Position numbers and translations under genes: made by a program. Below the pieces are notes generated by a model. The model saw only the letters and a program-made list of their open reading frames with translations, did not search any database and had not been told where the DNA came from. From an uncultured Clostridia bacterium (lineage in GTDB: Bacteria; Acidobacteriota; Aminicenantia; UBA2199), in contig CAZCVI010000002.1 of assembly GCA_964502145.1 (NCBI GenBank), positions 117,383-181,382 of the forward strand: 64,000 nucleotides of DNA, read 5' to 3'. Below are positions 9,537 through 20,000 of this stretch, piece by piece. Position 1 is the stretch's first letter. Each line of letters begins with the position of its first letter.

Positions 9537-11594
9537 ATGGAACTATCTTTTATGATTGCAGGTGGTGTGGGAGTTTTTGTTTTTCTCCTGGTGATTGCAT
9601 CCTTCACTAATATTGGCCCGACCCAGGTGGGGTTAGTGATGAAACGGTTCTCTTTAAAAAAGCTTCCTGGAGATAACCCAATCGCGTTTAATGGGGAAGC
9701 GGGATATCAAGCCAAATTGCTAATGCCAGGGTTGCGTTGGAAGTTTATATTGTTATATCAAGTACGAAAATTCCCCTGGGTGCAAGTACCAGCGGGGGAA
9801 ATCGGCGTGATGATATCCCAGATCGGGGCTGCACTCCCTATCGGTGCCAAATCGGCGTTTTATAAAAACGAGTTCGGGAACTTCTCCGACTTAAAGAATT
9901 TTATCTCCCAAGGCGGCCAAAAAGGTGTGCAACGCCCCGTGCTACCTCCGGGAACATTAATTCCTTTTCATCCGGTGGCGTTCCTGGTAATTACCGCTAA
10001 ACAGGTGTATGGCGTACCAGTAGACCCAGAACTGGTCAGATTGGAAGCCAGAACGGGGCGCTTAATGCCCCAATCTTTTGGTCTTGAACCAGACCAATTA
10101 AAACTGGTGATGATCCAACCGGCACCGCATGGCGAAGGCAGTGAATTGATTGATATGGTGGGTATTGTCACTACCTTGGAAGGAGACCCATTGCCTTCTG
10201 GTGCCATTGCCAGCCGCTTGAATGATTTTTACGATATCCAGGAACTGGAAGACGCAGGCAAAGATGATTCCGCCTTAATCGAAGTCCTGCTGGGTAGTAA
10301 AAATGGCTTGCATAACAATTACCAGGATTATCAGGCTTTCTTGGAAAACGGCGGACGCATCGGATTGCAACATGACCCGTTGTTGTATGGTGCATACGCA
10401 TTGAATCCGTTCCTGGTTCGGGTGGAACGTATGCCCATGCTGGTGGTGAAACAGGGTGAAGTGGCTGTTATTAAAGGGTATGTGGGCTTGCCCACCAAGG
10501 ATACTTCGGGTGATAAGTTCAAGTATGGGTCCCTGGTACGACCTGGCCACCGCGGCATCTGGCAAGAACCGTTACGAACAGGTAAATTCGCTATCAATCC
10601 TCGCTGTTACCAACCCGTGATTGTATCCACGGCTATCCTAACATTGAATTGGGCAGAAGCAGTTTCGCGGGCCCATAACTTGGACCGGCAATTATGTCAA
10701 ATTGAAGCTAAAAGTAATGAAGGATTTGTCTTTAGAATTGATCTGCAAGTGCAGATACATGTGGCCGATACCCATACACCACGGGTGATTTCCATGGTAG
10801 GAACAATGGAAAATCTGGTCAACGAAGTATTGCAAGCAGCAGTAGGAAACCACTTCCGCGATAAATTACAAAGTATGCCCGCGGTTGATTTTATTAAGAA
10901 GAGACAGGAAGTTCAAGAACAAGCGCTTATCCATGTCCGGGATCATCTGGCTTTATATCAGGTGGAAACCCGTGGGGTTTATATTCAAGATGTGGTGTTA
11001 CCCAAAGAGTTGGTCAAGGTGTTAACAGAGCGAGAAATCGCCAATCAGAACATCGAAACCTTCAAAAAAGAAAAAGAAGCAGAAGATCAACGCATCGCCA
11101 AACAGCAGGCCATGGGTACGGCAGACATGCAGTTGGCATTAGCCAAGTCGCAGGTGGAAGTGGAAATCAACACCAACCGGGCCAAAGCCCGCAAAGCAGA
11201 AGCGGATGGTGAAGCCACATACATCGAGAAAACGGGTGCGGCGCATGGTGCCAAAATACGTGCGGTAGGGTTGGCTCGTGCCGAAGGTTACGAGGCACAG
11301 GTCAAAGCGTTGGGGCAAATTCCCACGGCATTAGTTAATGCGATTAATGCTCTGTCTGAAGGCAATATGAAGATCATACCCGATGTTTTAGTCACTGGCG
11401 GTTCAGGTTCTCTGGAAGGTTTGGCTGCGACCCTAATAAAAAAATTCACCCCTAAAGCAGAATATCCCGTGGAAGAGAAGCAAAAAAGCGAAGAAATAAT
11501 GGCCAGAACAGCCGATAGGGCTGAAGATAAAGCCATGGAAGATATCGCTTGGTCAGTAAGACCAGAATTCCCAGAGGAAGTACCCACCGTATAA
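9537..11594 (+). CDS. Flotillin / SPFH (band 7) domain membrane protein with a long Ala/Lys/Glu coiled coil
   Basis: Start MELSFMIAGGVGVFVFLLVIASF (transmembrane segment) with GGAGG seven nt upstream. The upstream ATG at 9426 lacks a ribosome-binding site. SPFH core and a flotillin-type coiled-coil tail are present. Confidence 0.7.
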   Translation: MELSFMIAGGVGVFVFLLVIASFTNIGPTQVGLVMKRFSLKKLPGDNPIAFNGEAGYQAKLLMPGLRWKFILLYQVRKFPWVQVPAGEIGVMISQIGAALPIGAKSAFYKNEFGNFSDLKNFISQGGQKGVQRPVLPPGTLIPFHPVAFLVITAKQVYGVPVDPELVRLEARTGRLMPQSFGLEPDQLKLVMIQPAPHGEGSELIDMVGIVTTLEGDPLPSGAIASRLNDFYDIQELEDAGKDDSALIEVLLGSKNGLHNNYQDYQAFLENGGRIGLQHDPLLYGAYALNPFLVRVERMPMLVVKQGEVAVIKGYVGLPTKDTSGDKFKYGSLVRPGHRGIWQEPLRTGKFAINPRCYQPVIVSTAILTLNWAEAVSRAHNLDRQLCQIEAKSNEGFVFRIDLQVQIHVADTHTPRVISMVGTMENLVNEVLQAAVGNHFRDKLQSMPAVDFIKKRQEVQEQALIHVRDHLALYQVETRGVYIQDVVLPKELVKVLTEREIANQNIETFKKEKEAEDQRIAKQQAMGTADMQLALAKSQVEVEINTNRAKARKAEADGEATYIEKTGAAHGAKIRAVGLARAEGYEAQVKALGQIPTALVNAINALSEGNMKIIPDVLVTGGSGSLEGLAATLIKKFTPKAEYPVEEKQKSEEIMARTADRAEDKAMEDIAWSVRPEFPEEVPTV

Positions 11595-11924
11595 GTAAAA
11601 ATGGTTCAGAGTAAAGGGGCGGTCTTTTGATAAGGTCGCCCCTGTACCTGCACAGATTCCCCGCAGTTGGAGTCTGTTCCGTTTGCGTCATTTTTTCTTA
11701 CCGCCTAAGATTCACCATCGTATATCTATCGGCATACCTTTTTTTAAGAATCTAATCGTGGATTTAGGAAAAAAGTCAATGCCGTCGCGTGAAAAACAGA
11801 AGAAATTAACCCGTTGAAATAACAGGTGGAAATACATGTAATTCAGGTTTGTTTATTGGCATGATCTAAGGCAAAACAAGAAAACAATGCCTGAAAATCT
11901 AGAATAAATATTCATAAAATTTGC

Positions 11925-11953
11925 TTGACTGTTTTTTTTTGCTATGCTACTAT
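11925..11953 (+). promoter_or_regulatory. Candidate sigma70-type promoter (TTGACT, 17-nt spacer, TACTAT) upstream of the RiPP operon
   Basis: Hexamers and spacing read directly. It lies ~125 nt upstream of the radical SAM gene. Confidence 0.3.
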
Positions 11954-12078
11954 TATTTTTAACCTCTTAAACAAAAACCTAGGTAAAATAAATTGGGTGA
12001 AATAATGCAAGTTAAAAAAAGAGTTGTCAGGCAATGGGAAAACTTTTTCCAGACGACAATTTTCTCGGGTATGTGTAA

Positions 12079-13923
12079 ATGATCGAAGCCAACGAAGTCA
12101 AAAAGCACCTCCTTTCCGTTTTAAAAGGTGAGTCGCTCCTGCTGATTGTTCCACCTTTTGTTAATACGCGGACTCCCATCATGGGTCCTCATATCCTGCA
12201 AACCATTGCCCAACAGCAGGGTTATGCAGTAGATATTCTATATGTGAATCTTCTGCTGGCCTCACTCATTGGTACCCAGTTGGTCGAAAGCATCAGCTAC
12301 GGTCAACCTTTTCGTTTATTAGGCGAGCGTTTATTTGCCCGTAGCGCCTATGGATTACCACCATTGGGAAAATTTCCAGAACTCTGTTTGGACGCGGTGA
12401 AATCGGTGTTCGGCGATAAAGAAGAATATCCCATGGAAGCCTTTGAATACAAGTATTATGAGACAACCGATTTCCAAGCCGATACGTACCACCACCTGGA
12501 AAATATCTGCTATGATCTGGTAACAGAGATATCAGAAACCATTGCGGGTATGAATTATCAGATGGTGGGTTGTTCGAGTAACTGGGAACAAAACAATTGC
12601 TCCATCGCCTTGATCAATGCGATCAAAAAACGTCGACCCGACATTATTACCTTGATGGGCGGCTCCAACTGCGAGGGGGAAATGGCAGAAGGAATTGCTT
12701 CACTCAGCCACTCTATTGATTATATCTTTTCCGGGGAGAGCGATCTTACCTTCCCTGACTTCTTAAAAAAACATAAAGCTGGCCAATTACCCTCGAACCG
12801 GATTATCGTGGGCGAACCGGTTACTGACCTGGATAATATCCCGCTCCCCTGTTATGATAGTTATTTCCAACAATCGCGTTGTTTTTTCGGCGCTCAGCCC
12901 AGCGGAGAAAATATCCTGGCCTATGAAACCAGCCGCGGTTGCTGGTGGGGACAATGTACCTTTTGCGGGCAAAATGGCAAACGGAGCCGTTTTCGCCCCA
13001 AAGCTGCCAAGAAAGTCGCTGCTGAATTGGGTGAAATGAATCGCCAGTACCCGGATAAACGCATTCTGCTCATAGATAAAGTGATGCCCATCTCTATCTA
13101 CAACGAACTGCTCCCCTTGTTAGAGCAAAACGGAGTGACAGCACCCATGAGCTGTGAACACCGGCCAGACCTATCCTTTCAAGAACTGCTGGACTTAAAA
13201 AAAGCCAATGTGAATATCATCAAGTTCGGTATTGAAACGCTGTCCAGCGGATTATTAAAACTAATGAATAAAGGCGTGATTGCCGCGCAGAATATTTCTC
13301 TACTTCGCCATGCTGCGGCCTGCGGCGTGCTAATCGATTGGAATATGCTGTGGGGGTTCCCCAATGACAGGTTAGAACACTACCAGGAGATATTGGAACT
13401 GCTGCCTTTACTCCATCATCTCTGTCCCCCTGCGGTATTTCGTCACCTTAGTTTGGATCGCTTTTCTCCTTATTTCGAGAAGCCCCAGAAATATAATATC
13501 CGTAACCTCCGTCCCTGGGCGGTGAACGATATGGTTTACCCGGAGTGGGCAGATATGGAGAAACTAGCTTACCGCTTCATCGGCGATTATCCCAGTGACT
13601 CTCACGACCACCCAGAAATAATCGGCGCCATCTCCCGAGAAGTGGAAAACTGGCAAGCTTCCAGAAAAGATGCCAAGTTGCATCTGAAGGCTGTCGGTTA
13701 TCATTATATTCTCCAAGATACCCGGAAAATAAAAGCGGGCTGCAAACCCCAATTACTGGATGAAGAACAAGCCAGGGCCGTGATGACACCATCCGCCTAC
13801 AAGACTTCAAGCGGACAAGAATGGGCGGTGACTGAAAAACTGGGGGTAGTGGTGGATGGTTTGTACGTTCCCCTGGTGACCGCTTCCCCAGAATTATTAT
13901 TACACTTTATGGAGGAATCATGA
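12079..13923 (+). CDS. B12-binding-domain radical SAM RiPP maturase (rSAM_ocin-like), non-canonical Cx4Cx2C cluster motif
   Basis: N-terminal Rossmann-like B12-binding signature (ITLMGGSNCEGEMAEG). Cys triad SRGCWWGQCTFCG at 12940-12966. Sits beside the YcaO and NHLP precursor genes. Confidence 0.7.
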   Translation: MIEANEVKKHLLSVLKGESLLLIVPPFVNTRTPIMGPHILQTIAQQQGYAVDILYVNLLLASLIGTQLVESISYGQPFRLLGERLFARSAYGLPPLGKFPELCLDAVKSVFGDKEEYPMEAFEYKYYETTDFQADTYHHLENICYDLVTEISETIAGMNYQMVGCSSNWEQNNCSIALINAIKKRRPDIITLMGGSNCEGEMAEGIASLSHSIDYIFSGESDLTFPDFLKKHKAGQLPSNRIIVGEPVTDLDNIPLPCYDSYFQQSRCFFGAQPSGENILAYETSRGCWWGQCTFCGQNGKRSRFRPKAAKKVAAELGEMNRQYPDKRILLIDKVMPISIYNELLPLLEQNGVTAPMSCEHRPDLSFQELLDLKKANVNIIKFGIETLSSGLLKLMNKGVIAAQNISLLRHAAACGVLIDWNMLWGFPNDRLEHYQEILELLPLLHHLCPPAVFRHLSLDRFSPYFEKPQKYNIRNLRPWAVNDMVYPEWADMEKLAYRFIGDYPSDSHDHPEIIGAISREVENWQASRKDAKLHLKAVGYHYILQDTRKIKAGCKPQLLDEEQARAVMTPSAYKTSSGQEWAVTEKLGVVVDGLYVPLVTASPELLLHFMEES

Positions 13924-13950
13924 CTCCTCTAAAGAGCTGAAAAAACTACC

Positions 13951-16215
13951 ATGTTAGAAAATCCTATACTGAAACCCTGTTACGGTGCCGAATGTATCGA
14001 CACCGATCACGTCTTGTTAATATCGGAAAAAGACAATGTCTTATTAACCGGGAAACTTTACAACCTGGTACTGTCTGAAATTTGTGGCAGCACGCTTTCG
14101 TTGGCTGAAGTGGTGGACCGATTGCGTGGAAAACTTTCTGAAATGGAAATCTATTTAGCGCTGGAATCTCTGGAAAAGAAAGGGTACATCACTGAAGCTG
14201 CACCAGCACTACCACCAGAAACCTCTGCTTATTGGAGCAGCCAGGGGATGGAGATCAATCGGTTTCTCACGGTTTTGCAGGAAAAGACCATTACCCTTAC
14301 ATCTGTTGGTTCCCTTGCAACCGAATTATTTAGTCAGGCATTCGCTTTAACTGGCCTTAAATGCAGTGAAACCGGGGCGTTGCATGTTTATATTACCGAT
14401 GATTACCAGCGCCATCAGTTTGCCACCATCAATCAGGACGCTCTAAAAACCGGGCAGCCCTGGATGCTGGTTAAACCGGTGGGTGTGGAACTGTGGGTGG
14501 GGCCGATTTTCCTGCCAGGACAAACGGGTTGTTGGGAATGCTTGAAACAGCGCTTGGATATGAACCGTCCTGTAGATGCGTTTTACAAGACCCAGAAAAA
14601 CACCCGTCATCACCTATCTCTTCCCGCTGCTTTTTCCCCGCTTTCCTGGCAAATTGCCGCCAATATGACCGCGCTGGAGATAACCAAATGGCTTTATGCC
14701 GGGCATAATGAGCGGTTGGACGGCAAACTTATTTCTTTTGATACAGCGACCATGAACACCCAATCCCATGTACTGGTCAAACGCCCCCAATGCTCCTCCT
14801 GCGGCGAACCCGGTTATTTACGCGCAGAATCCCTTCCCATTATTCCGGTGCGACGATCGTCTTGCAGTGTGACCGCATTGGGTGGCTACCGCGAAGTAGA
14901 CCCCGAAGCTACTATTGAAAAATACCAGCATCACGTTAGCCCTATTACCGGAGTGATGCCGAAACTGGAACCGTATTACCATGTCAAAGGCACACCATTA
15001 TATAACTACTCTTCGGGTCGCAATATTGCACTGCGCAGTAAATCGTTATTCTGGTTGAACCAGCATCTCCGTAGCGGCAATGGCGGCAAAGGAAAAAATT
15101 GGACCCAGGCCAAAGTCGGGGCATTGTGCGAGGCGGTGGAACGGTATTGTTTCACCTATCACGGTGACGAACCCCATATCACCACCAGTTTAAAGAATTT
15201 AGATGGCAAGGGCATCCATCCCAATACCTGCATGAATTTTAGTGACACCCAATACCAGAATAGGGTAGAGAGTAACCGGAACTGCGGTAAATTTTATTCC
15301 ATGGTGCCTATTCCCTTTGATTCTGCCCGCGAAATGGATTGGACCGCCGTGTATTCGTTGACCCACCAGATGTTCAAGTATCTGCCCTCCTGTTTTTGTT
15401 ATGCCCAATATCCGGCTGAAGATGAATTAAATCTTTTTTCCTATCCAGACAGTAATGGGTGTGCCGCTGGGAATTCCATTGAAGAAGCCATATTACAGGG
15501 TTTTCTCGAACTCGTTGAACGAGATGCTGTGGCATTATGGTGGTACAATATGCCCCGCCGAACCGCCGTGGACCTCTCTAGTTTTAACGAACCTTATTTT
15601 TTACAATTAATAGACTATTATCAGTCATTACAACGAAGTCTTTATGTATTGGATTTAACCTCTGATTTAAACATTCCCACCTTTGGCGCTGTGTCTCATC
15701 AGCTAGATGGTGGCACACAGGATATTATTTTCGGCTTTGGTTCCCACGTGGACGCCCGGATCGCATTGGAAAGAGCACTGGTAGAATTAAACCAACTTTT
15801 ACCCATCGTTGATGGTCCCGAAGTTGATAGAGCCAAAGGGAAATATTTGACCCAGGATAATAACTTTCTCCATTGGTTAAAAACCGCGACCATGGAAAAT
15901 CAACCCTATTTAGCGCCCCAGCAAGACATCGCTCCCAAAACCGCAACGGATTACCCCCAGTTATGTGAACCCACCATCTATGATAGTCTGATGTTCTGTG
16001 TAAATACAGCAGCTCAACACGGCTTGGAAACATTGGTACTTGATTTGACCCGCCCCGACATCGGGCTTAGCGTCGTCAAGATCGTTGTGCCTGGTTTAAG
16101 GCATTTCTGGCAACGTTTGGCACCTGGACGATTGTATGATGTCCCCGTTCAGATTGGCTGGCTGGCTACCCCCCTCCATGAAGCCCAGTTAAATCCCATG
16201 CCTTTATTTATATAA
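13951..16215 (+). CDS. Fused E1-like (ocin-ThiF-like docking) / YcaO cyclodehydratase, PatD/TruD-type architecture
   Basis: N-terminal half has WMLVKPVGVELWVGPIFLPGQTGCWECLKQRL (cyclodehydratase E1-like). C-terminal half has GNGGKGKNWTQAKVGALCEAVERY and SNGCAAGNSIEEAILQGFLELVERDA, which are YcaO ATP-binding signatures. Confidence 0.8.
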   Translation: MLENPILKPCYGAECIDTDHVLLISEKDNVLLTGKLYNLVLSEICGSTLSLAEVVDRLRGKLSEMEIYLALESLEKKGYITEAAPALPPETSAYWSSQGMEINRFLTVLQEKTITLTSVGSLATELFSQAFALTGLKCSETGALHVYITDDYQRHQFATINQDALKTGQPWMLVKPVGVELWVGPIFLPGQTGCWECLKQRLDMNRPVDAFYKTQKNTRHHLSLPAAFSPLSWQIAANMTALEITKWLYAGHNERLDGKLISFDTATMNTQSHVLVKRPQCSSCGEPGYLRAESLPIIPVRRSSCSVTALGGYREVDPEATIEKYQHHVSPITGVMPKLEPYYHVKGTPLYNYSSGRNIALRSKSLFWLNQHLRSGNGGKGKNWTQAKVGALCEAVERYCFTYHGDEPHITTSLKNLDGKGIHPNTCMNFSDTQYQNRVESNRNCGKFYSMVPIPFDSAREMDWTAVYSLTHQMFKYLPSCFCYAQYPAEDELNLFSYPDSNGCAAGNSIEEAILQGFLELVERDAVALWWYNMPRRTAVDLSSFNEPYFLQLIDYYQSLQRSLYVLDLTSDLNIPTFGAVSHQLDGGTQDIIFGFGSHVDARIALERALVELNQLLPIVDGPEVDRAKGKYLTQDNNFLHWLKTATMENQPYLAPQQDIAPKTATDYPQLCEPTIYDSLMFCVNTAAQHGLETLVLDLTRPDIGLSVVKIVVPGLRHFWQRLAPGRLYDVPVQIGWLATPLHEAQLNPMPLFI

Positions 16216-16322
16216 ATAAGGATCGTAGATCATGTTGTGTACTATTTTCAACGTATTATCCAATAACTTTGGCGTAACACATAAGAAAAATAAAATATAA
16301 ACCAAACAAAGGAGATTTAGCC

Positions 16323-16820
16323 ATGAAAGAGAAAAATTTTACGATTACCGAAAACACGAAACCGCAGGATGTAAAAAAAATCAGGGACATTTATACCAAT
16401 TACCTGAGAGTCATGCTCAAGTGTGCTGAAGACCAAGCTTATTTTGTAGAATTTCAGAAGAACACCCGTGATATCCTGGTCAATGAAGTAGGGATGACCA
16501 TCCCGGAAGGAGTCCCAATTGTTCTTGATGACAATGTAAGATGGGCATCACTGGTCTTAAATGCAAAAGGTGCCGATGGTAGCAATTATGTGGTAAAAGA
16601 AATGGAACTGGGTATCAAAGCCTATGAAACTTGGGCTGATGGAGAACTTGAAGCGTCTATTACCCAACTTACCCATGAAGCCTGCGTTGAAGTTGATATT
16701 AAAGCCGAATTCAAGAATTTTACACCAGCAATTCGTATCCCATTTATTGATGTAACCAAGGATTTACTGGGTGAAATTAGCTTTAATAAGAAGACTGAAA
16801 TCGTTTTAACTTGTTGCTAG
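16323..16820 (+). CDS. NHLP-type (nitrile hydratase alpha-like leader) RiPP precursor peptide, 165 aa, C-terminal ...IVLTCC
   Basis: Leader block TRDILVNEVGMTIPEGVPIVLDDNVRWASLVL matches the NHLP consensus. There is no CSLCSC metal site, so it is not a true nitrile hydratase. GGAG nine nt upstream of the start. Immediately downstream of rSAM and YcaO. Confidence 0.6.
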   Translation: MKEKNFTITENTKPQDVKKIRDIYTNYLRVMLKCAEDQAYFVEFQKNTRDILVNEVGMTIPEGVPIVLDDNVRWASLVLNAKGADGSNYVVKEMELGIKAYETWADGELEASITQLTHEACVEVDIKAEFKNFTPAIRIPFIDVTKDLLGEISFNKKTEIVLTCC

Positions 16821-16833
16821 CCGTTGTTGATTT

Positions 16834-16871
16834 AGTGGGCTTCCCGGTTTTTTTTTATCAGGAAGCCCACT
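16834..16871 (+). terminator. 11-bp perfect stem (agtgggcttcc/ggaagcccact) with a 16-nt T-rich loop after the precursor gene; attenuator or terminator candidate
   Basis: Read directly. There is no downstream U-tract (the T-run lies in the loop). Confidence 0.4.
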
Positions 16872-16970
16872 GCGGACTCTGTAAAAAGAAGACTTTTATT
16901 AAACGTGGCTCTTGTTTGGGCATTGACTGATCTTAATTAATAATTTATACTTTAGTATACTTTTTATATT

Positions 16971-17036
16971 ATACTTATTTTCGTGTACTTATTTTCGTGT
17001 ACTTATTTTGTTGTATTTATTAGTGTATTTTTCTGT
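16971..17036. repeat. About 5 tandem copies of a 12-14-nt unit (GTAYTTATTTTCGT) directly upstream of the signalling-protein gene
   Basis: Read directly: tacttattttcgt gtacttattttcgt gtacttattttgtt gtatttattagt gtatttttctgt. Confidence 0.6.
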
Positions 17037-17060
17037 AGAAGAACTTTTACGAGGTGAAAT

Positions 17061-20000
17061 ATGAAAATTGCAGATTATTTTGTACTGGAGACGCTGTCAC
17101 ACGGACCAAGAGTTACCGTTTATAAAGCAAAAAAAGAAAACAATACTACCTCTGTTGTCTTAAAGGTCACCGAAAAAAAAACAGCCGAGAAACTTGATAT
17201 TGTTCGCTCCCTGGAACATGAATACCAATACATCAAGCAGGTGGATTCCGACTTTGTGATCAAAGGGATTCACTGGCAAGAGGAAAAAGAGGTTGCTTTT
17301 ATCGTATTGGAAGATATTGATGCTCAATCACTTAAACACTTCATCAAGGAGAAACAGCTCTCTATCCCACAGTTTTTGGACCTCGCCAAAAAGATTGTCG
17401 ATGGACTGGCAGCCATACACAGACAAAACATCATTCATAAAGATATCAATCCATCCAATATCATATGGAATCCAGAAACCGGTGGCCTAAAGATAATCGA
17501 TTTTAATATCGCCTCTAAATTCGATTTAAAATTGTCCTACCTGGGCAACCCGGAAAAACTTAAAGGCACCCTCGCTTATATCTCCCCGGAACAAACCGGT
17601 CGCATGAATCGGCGGGTGGACCAACGAACCGATCTCTATTCCCTGGGTGTCACTTTTTATGAAATGCTGACAGGCAAACTGCCCTTCGACTCAAACCAAC
17701 CCATGGAAATCGTTTATGCCCACTTGGCCAAAGAACCCCAATCCCCGCACCTACTAAATGAAGCTATCCCGGAAATTATTTCCCGGATCATCCACAAATT
17801 AATGGCCAAAAACCCAGAAGATCGCTATCAATCCGCTGAAGGCTTAAAATATGATCTGGAAAAATGTGCTCTATCACACCCGCAAACCTTTGCCCTGGGC
17901 GAAAATGATTACTCTGGCAAACTCCAAATCCCGGAAAAACTTTATGGACGTGAAGAAGAATTAGAACAACTTTTAGCAGTGTACCATCGTGTCAGTCAAG
18001 GCAACAAAGAAATGATCCTGGTGTCCGGATTCTCCGGTTCTGGGAAAACCACTTTGGTGAATGAAATTCATAAATCTATTGCCAAGGACCGGGGCTATTA
18101 TATCAGTGGAAAATTTGATCAGCTTCAACGCACGATTCCCTATTTTGCTTTTATCCAGGCACTTAACCAGTTCTGCCAGTTACTGCTGACTGAAAAACAG
18201 GAAGTGTTGAACCTATGGAAAGTAACTATCTTAAATGCCGTTGGCAAACTGGGGAGAATTCTGACCGATATTATCCCCCAATTGGAAGCTGTGATCGGGA
18301 ACCAACCGGAAGTTCCCGAAGTCAACGGTGACGATGCCAAAAAACGGTTTAATTATGTGTTTTTATGTTTTTTAAATGCCGTGGCCACTGTGGAGCATCC
18401 CCTGGTCATGTTTATCGATGATCTACAGTGGGCCGATCTGGCCTCCTTGAGCTTGCTGCAATTGATCATGGAAGACCGGAAAAGTTGCTATATATTCTTG
18501 ATAGGCGCTTACCGGGATAATGAAGTATCCCTCTCCCATCCCTTGATAACCACTCTGGCGGAATTAAAAAAACAAGCTATCCCCATCCATACTATTCCCG
18601 TTAAAAATCTCTCCCGGCAAAATGTGTCGGCGTTGCTAGTGGATACGTTTAAGACCCCAAGGAACAAAAACCAGGAGGAATTGGACGCATTGACCACTTT
18701 GATCTATCAAAAAACACAGGGTAATGCTTTTTTTACCCTTCAATTTATTGAAAACCTTTTTAAGGAAAACCTATTGTCGTTTGATTTTAAGAAATCCAGG
18801 TGGATATGGGATATCAAAAATATCGAAAAACAGAACATTACCGACAACGTGGTGGCATTACTGGTCAAAAAAATTAAAACATTGCCGGAAAAGACCCAGG
18901 AAGTTTTAAAACTGGCCGCCGCTATTGGCAATACCTTTGAATCGCCAACCTTGTCCGTTATTTCCGGGGCAACGGAAGCAGCCCATCGCCAAGCTTTGGA
19001 ACCCTCGTTGGCGGAACATCTGGTCTATCCCATAGATATAGGTATTTACAAATTTGTTCATGACCGTATTCACCAGGCTATCTACTCCATGGTACCCGAT
19101 GAAGACAAAAAACATTTGCATCTCAAAATCGGCAGATTACTGCTGGAAACATTTGACCTCCAGGATACATCAACACTTTCAAAAGAGACGGATCAGCGAA
19201 TTTTTGATACTGTTAACCATTTGAATATCGGAATTGACCTGATCATTGATGAACGGGAAAGAATTCATTTGGCCACACTGAACCTTAAAGCCGCTAAACA
19301 TGCCCGGGTAGCTGCCGCTTTTTCTATCGGTGTCGTGTATGTACGGACTGCCATACGTTTATTACCAGACAATAGCTGGCAGCAGCATTACGATCTGACT
19401 CTGTCCGTGTACAACGAGGCTGTGCTCGCCTCCTACTTATTCTTAAACCTAGCGGAGATGGAAAAATATGTTGAAATCATATTGTCCTCCACGCAAAATA
19501 TTTTACATCGCTCGGTGGCGTATGAATACCGCCTTTTGAGTTTAATCGGACAGAATAAATCCCAACAGGCCGTTGAAGCAATCTTAACCATTTTTAACCT
19601 TCTGGGAGTGACTATTCCCCCCGAACCCAGTGGTCCAGAAACAATGGCCATATTTGGAGAAGTTCAAACCATGTTAACCAGTATGAATCAGGAGACGATT
19701 GCCAATCTTCCCCTGATGACAGACGAAGCGAAATTGCAAGTGTTACGCCTTTTTTATATGGCTGGCCTTTCCTTTATGCATGGCCGTCCAACGGCATGGC
19801 CCTATGTGATCAGTAAAATGATCCATCTTATACTCACTTATGGCTTGACAGCGGAAACTCCCTATGTGATATCTCTTTATGGTGTGATCAAGGTTGTTAT
19901 GGGTGATTTTCCCAGTGCCTACCAATTGGGAGAAATGGCAGGGGAATTATTGGCCCGGGGTATCGGTAATCAAGCCATCCAGGTCAGAACCATCGGCATT

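Noticed and set aside
12005-12082. 25-aa ORF (MQVKKRVVRQWENFFQTTIFSGMCK) overlapping the rSAM gene start by ATGA; considered as a possible second precursor or leader peptide
   Set aside because: It has no NHLP, Nif11 or other leader similarity, no obvious ribosome-binding site, and is very short. Kept only as a remote possibility (upstream ORF).
16323-16820. Annotating the 165-aa ORF as a true nitrile hydratase alpha subunit
   Set aside because: It lacks the CSLCSC metal-binding motif and a beta-subunit partner. Its context beside YcaO and rSAM, and its leader-like N-terminal similarity, fit an NHLP-type RiPP precursor instead.
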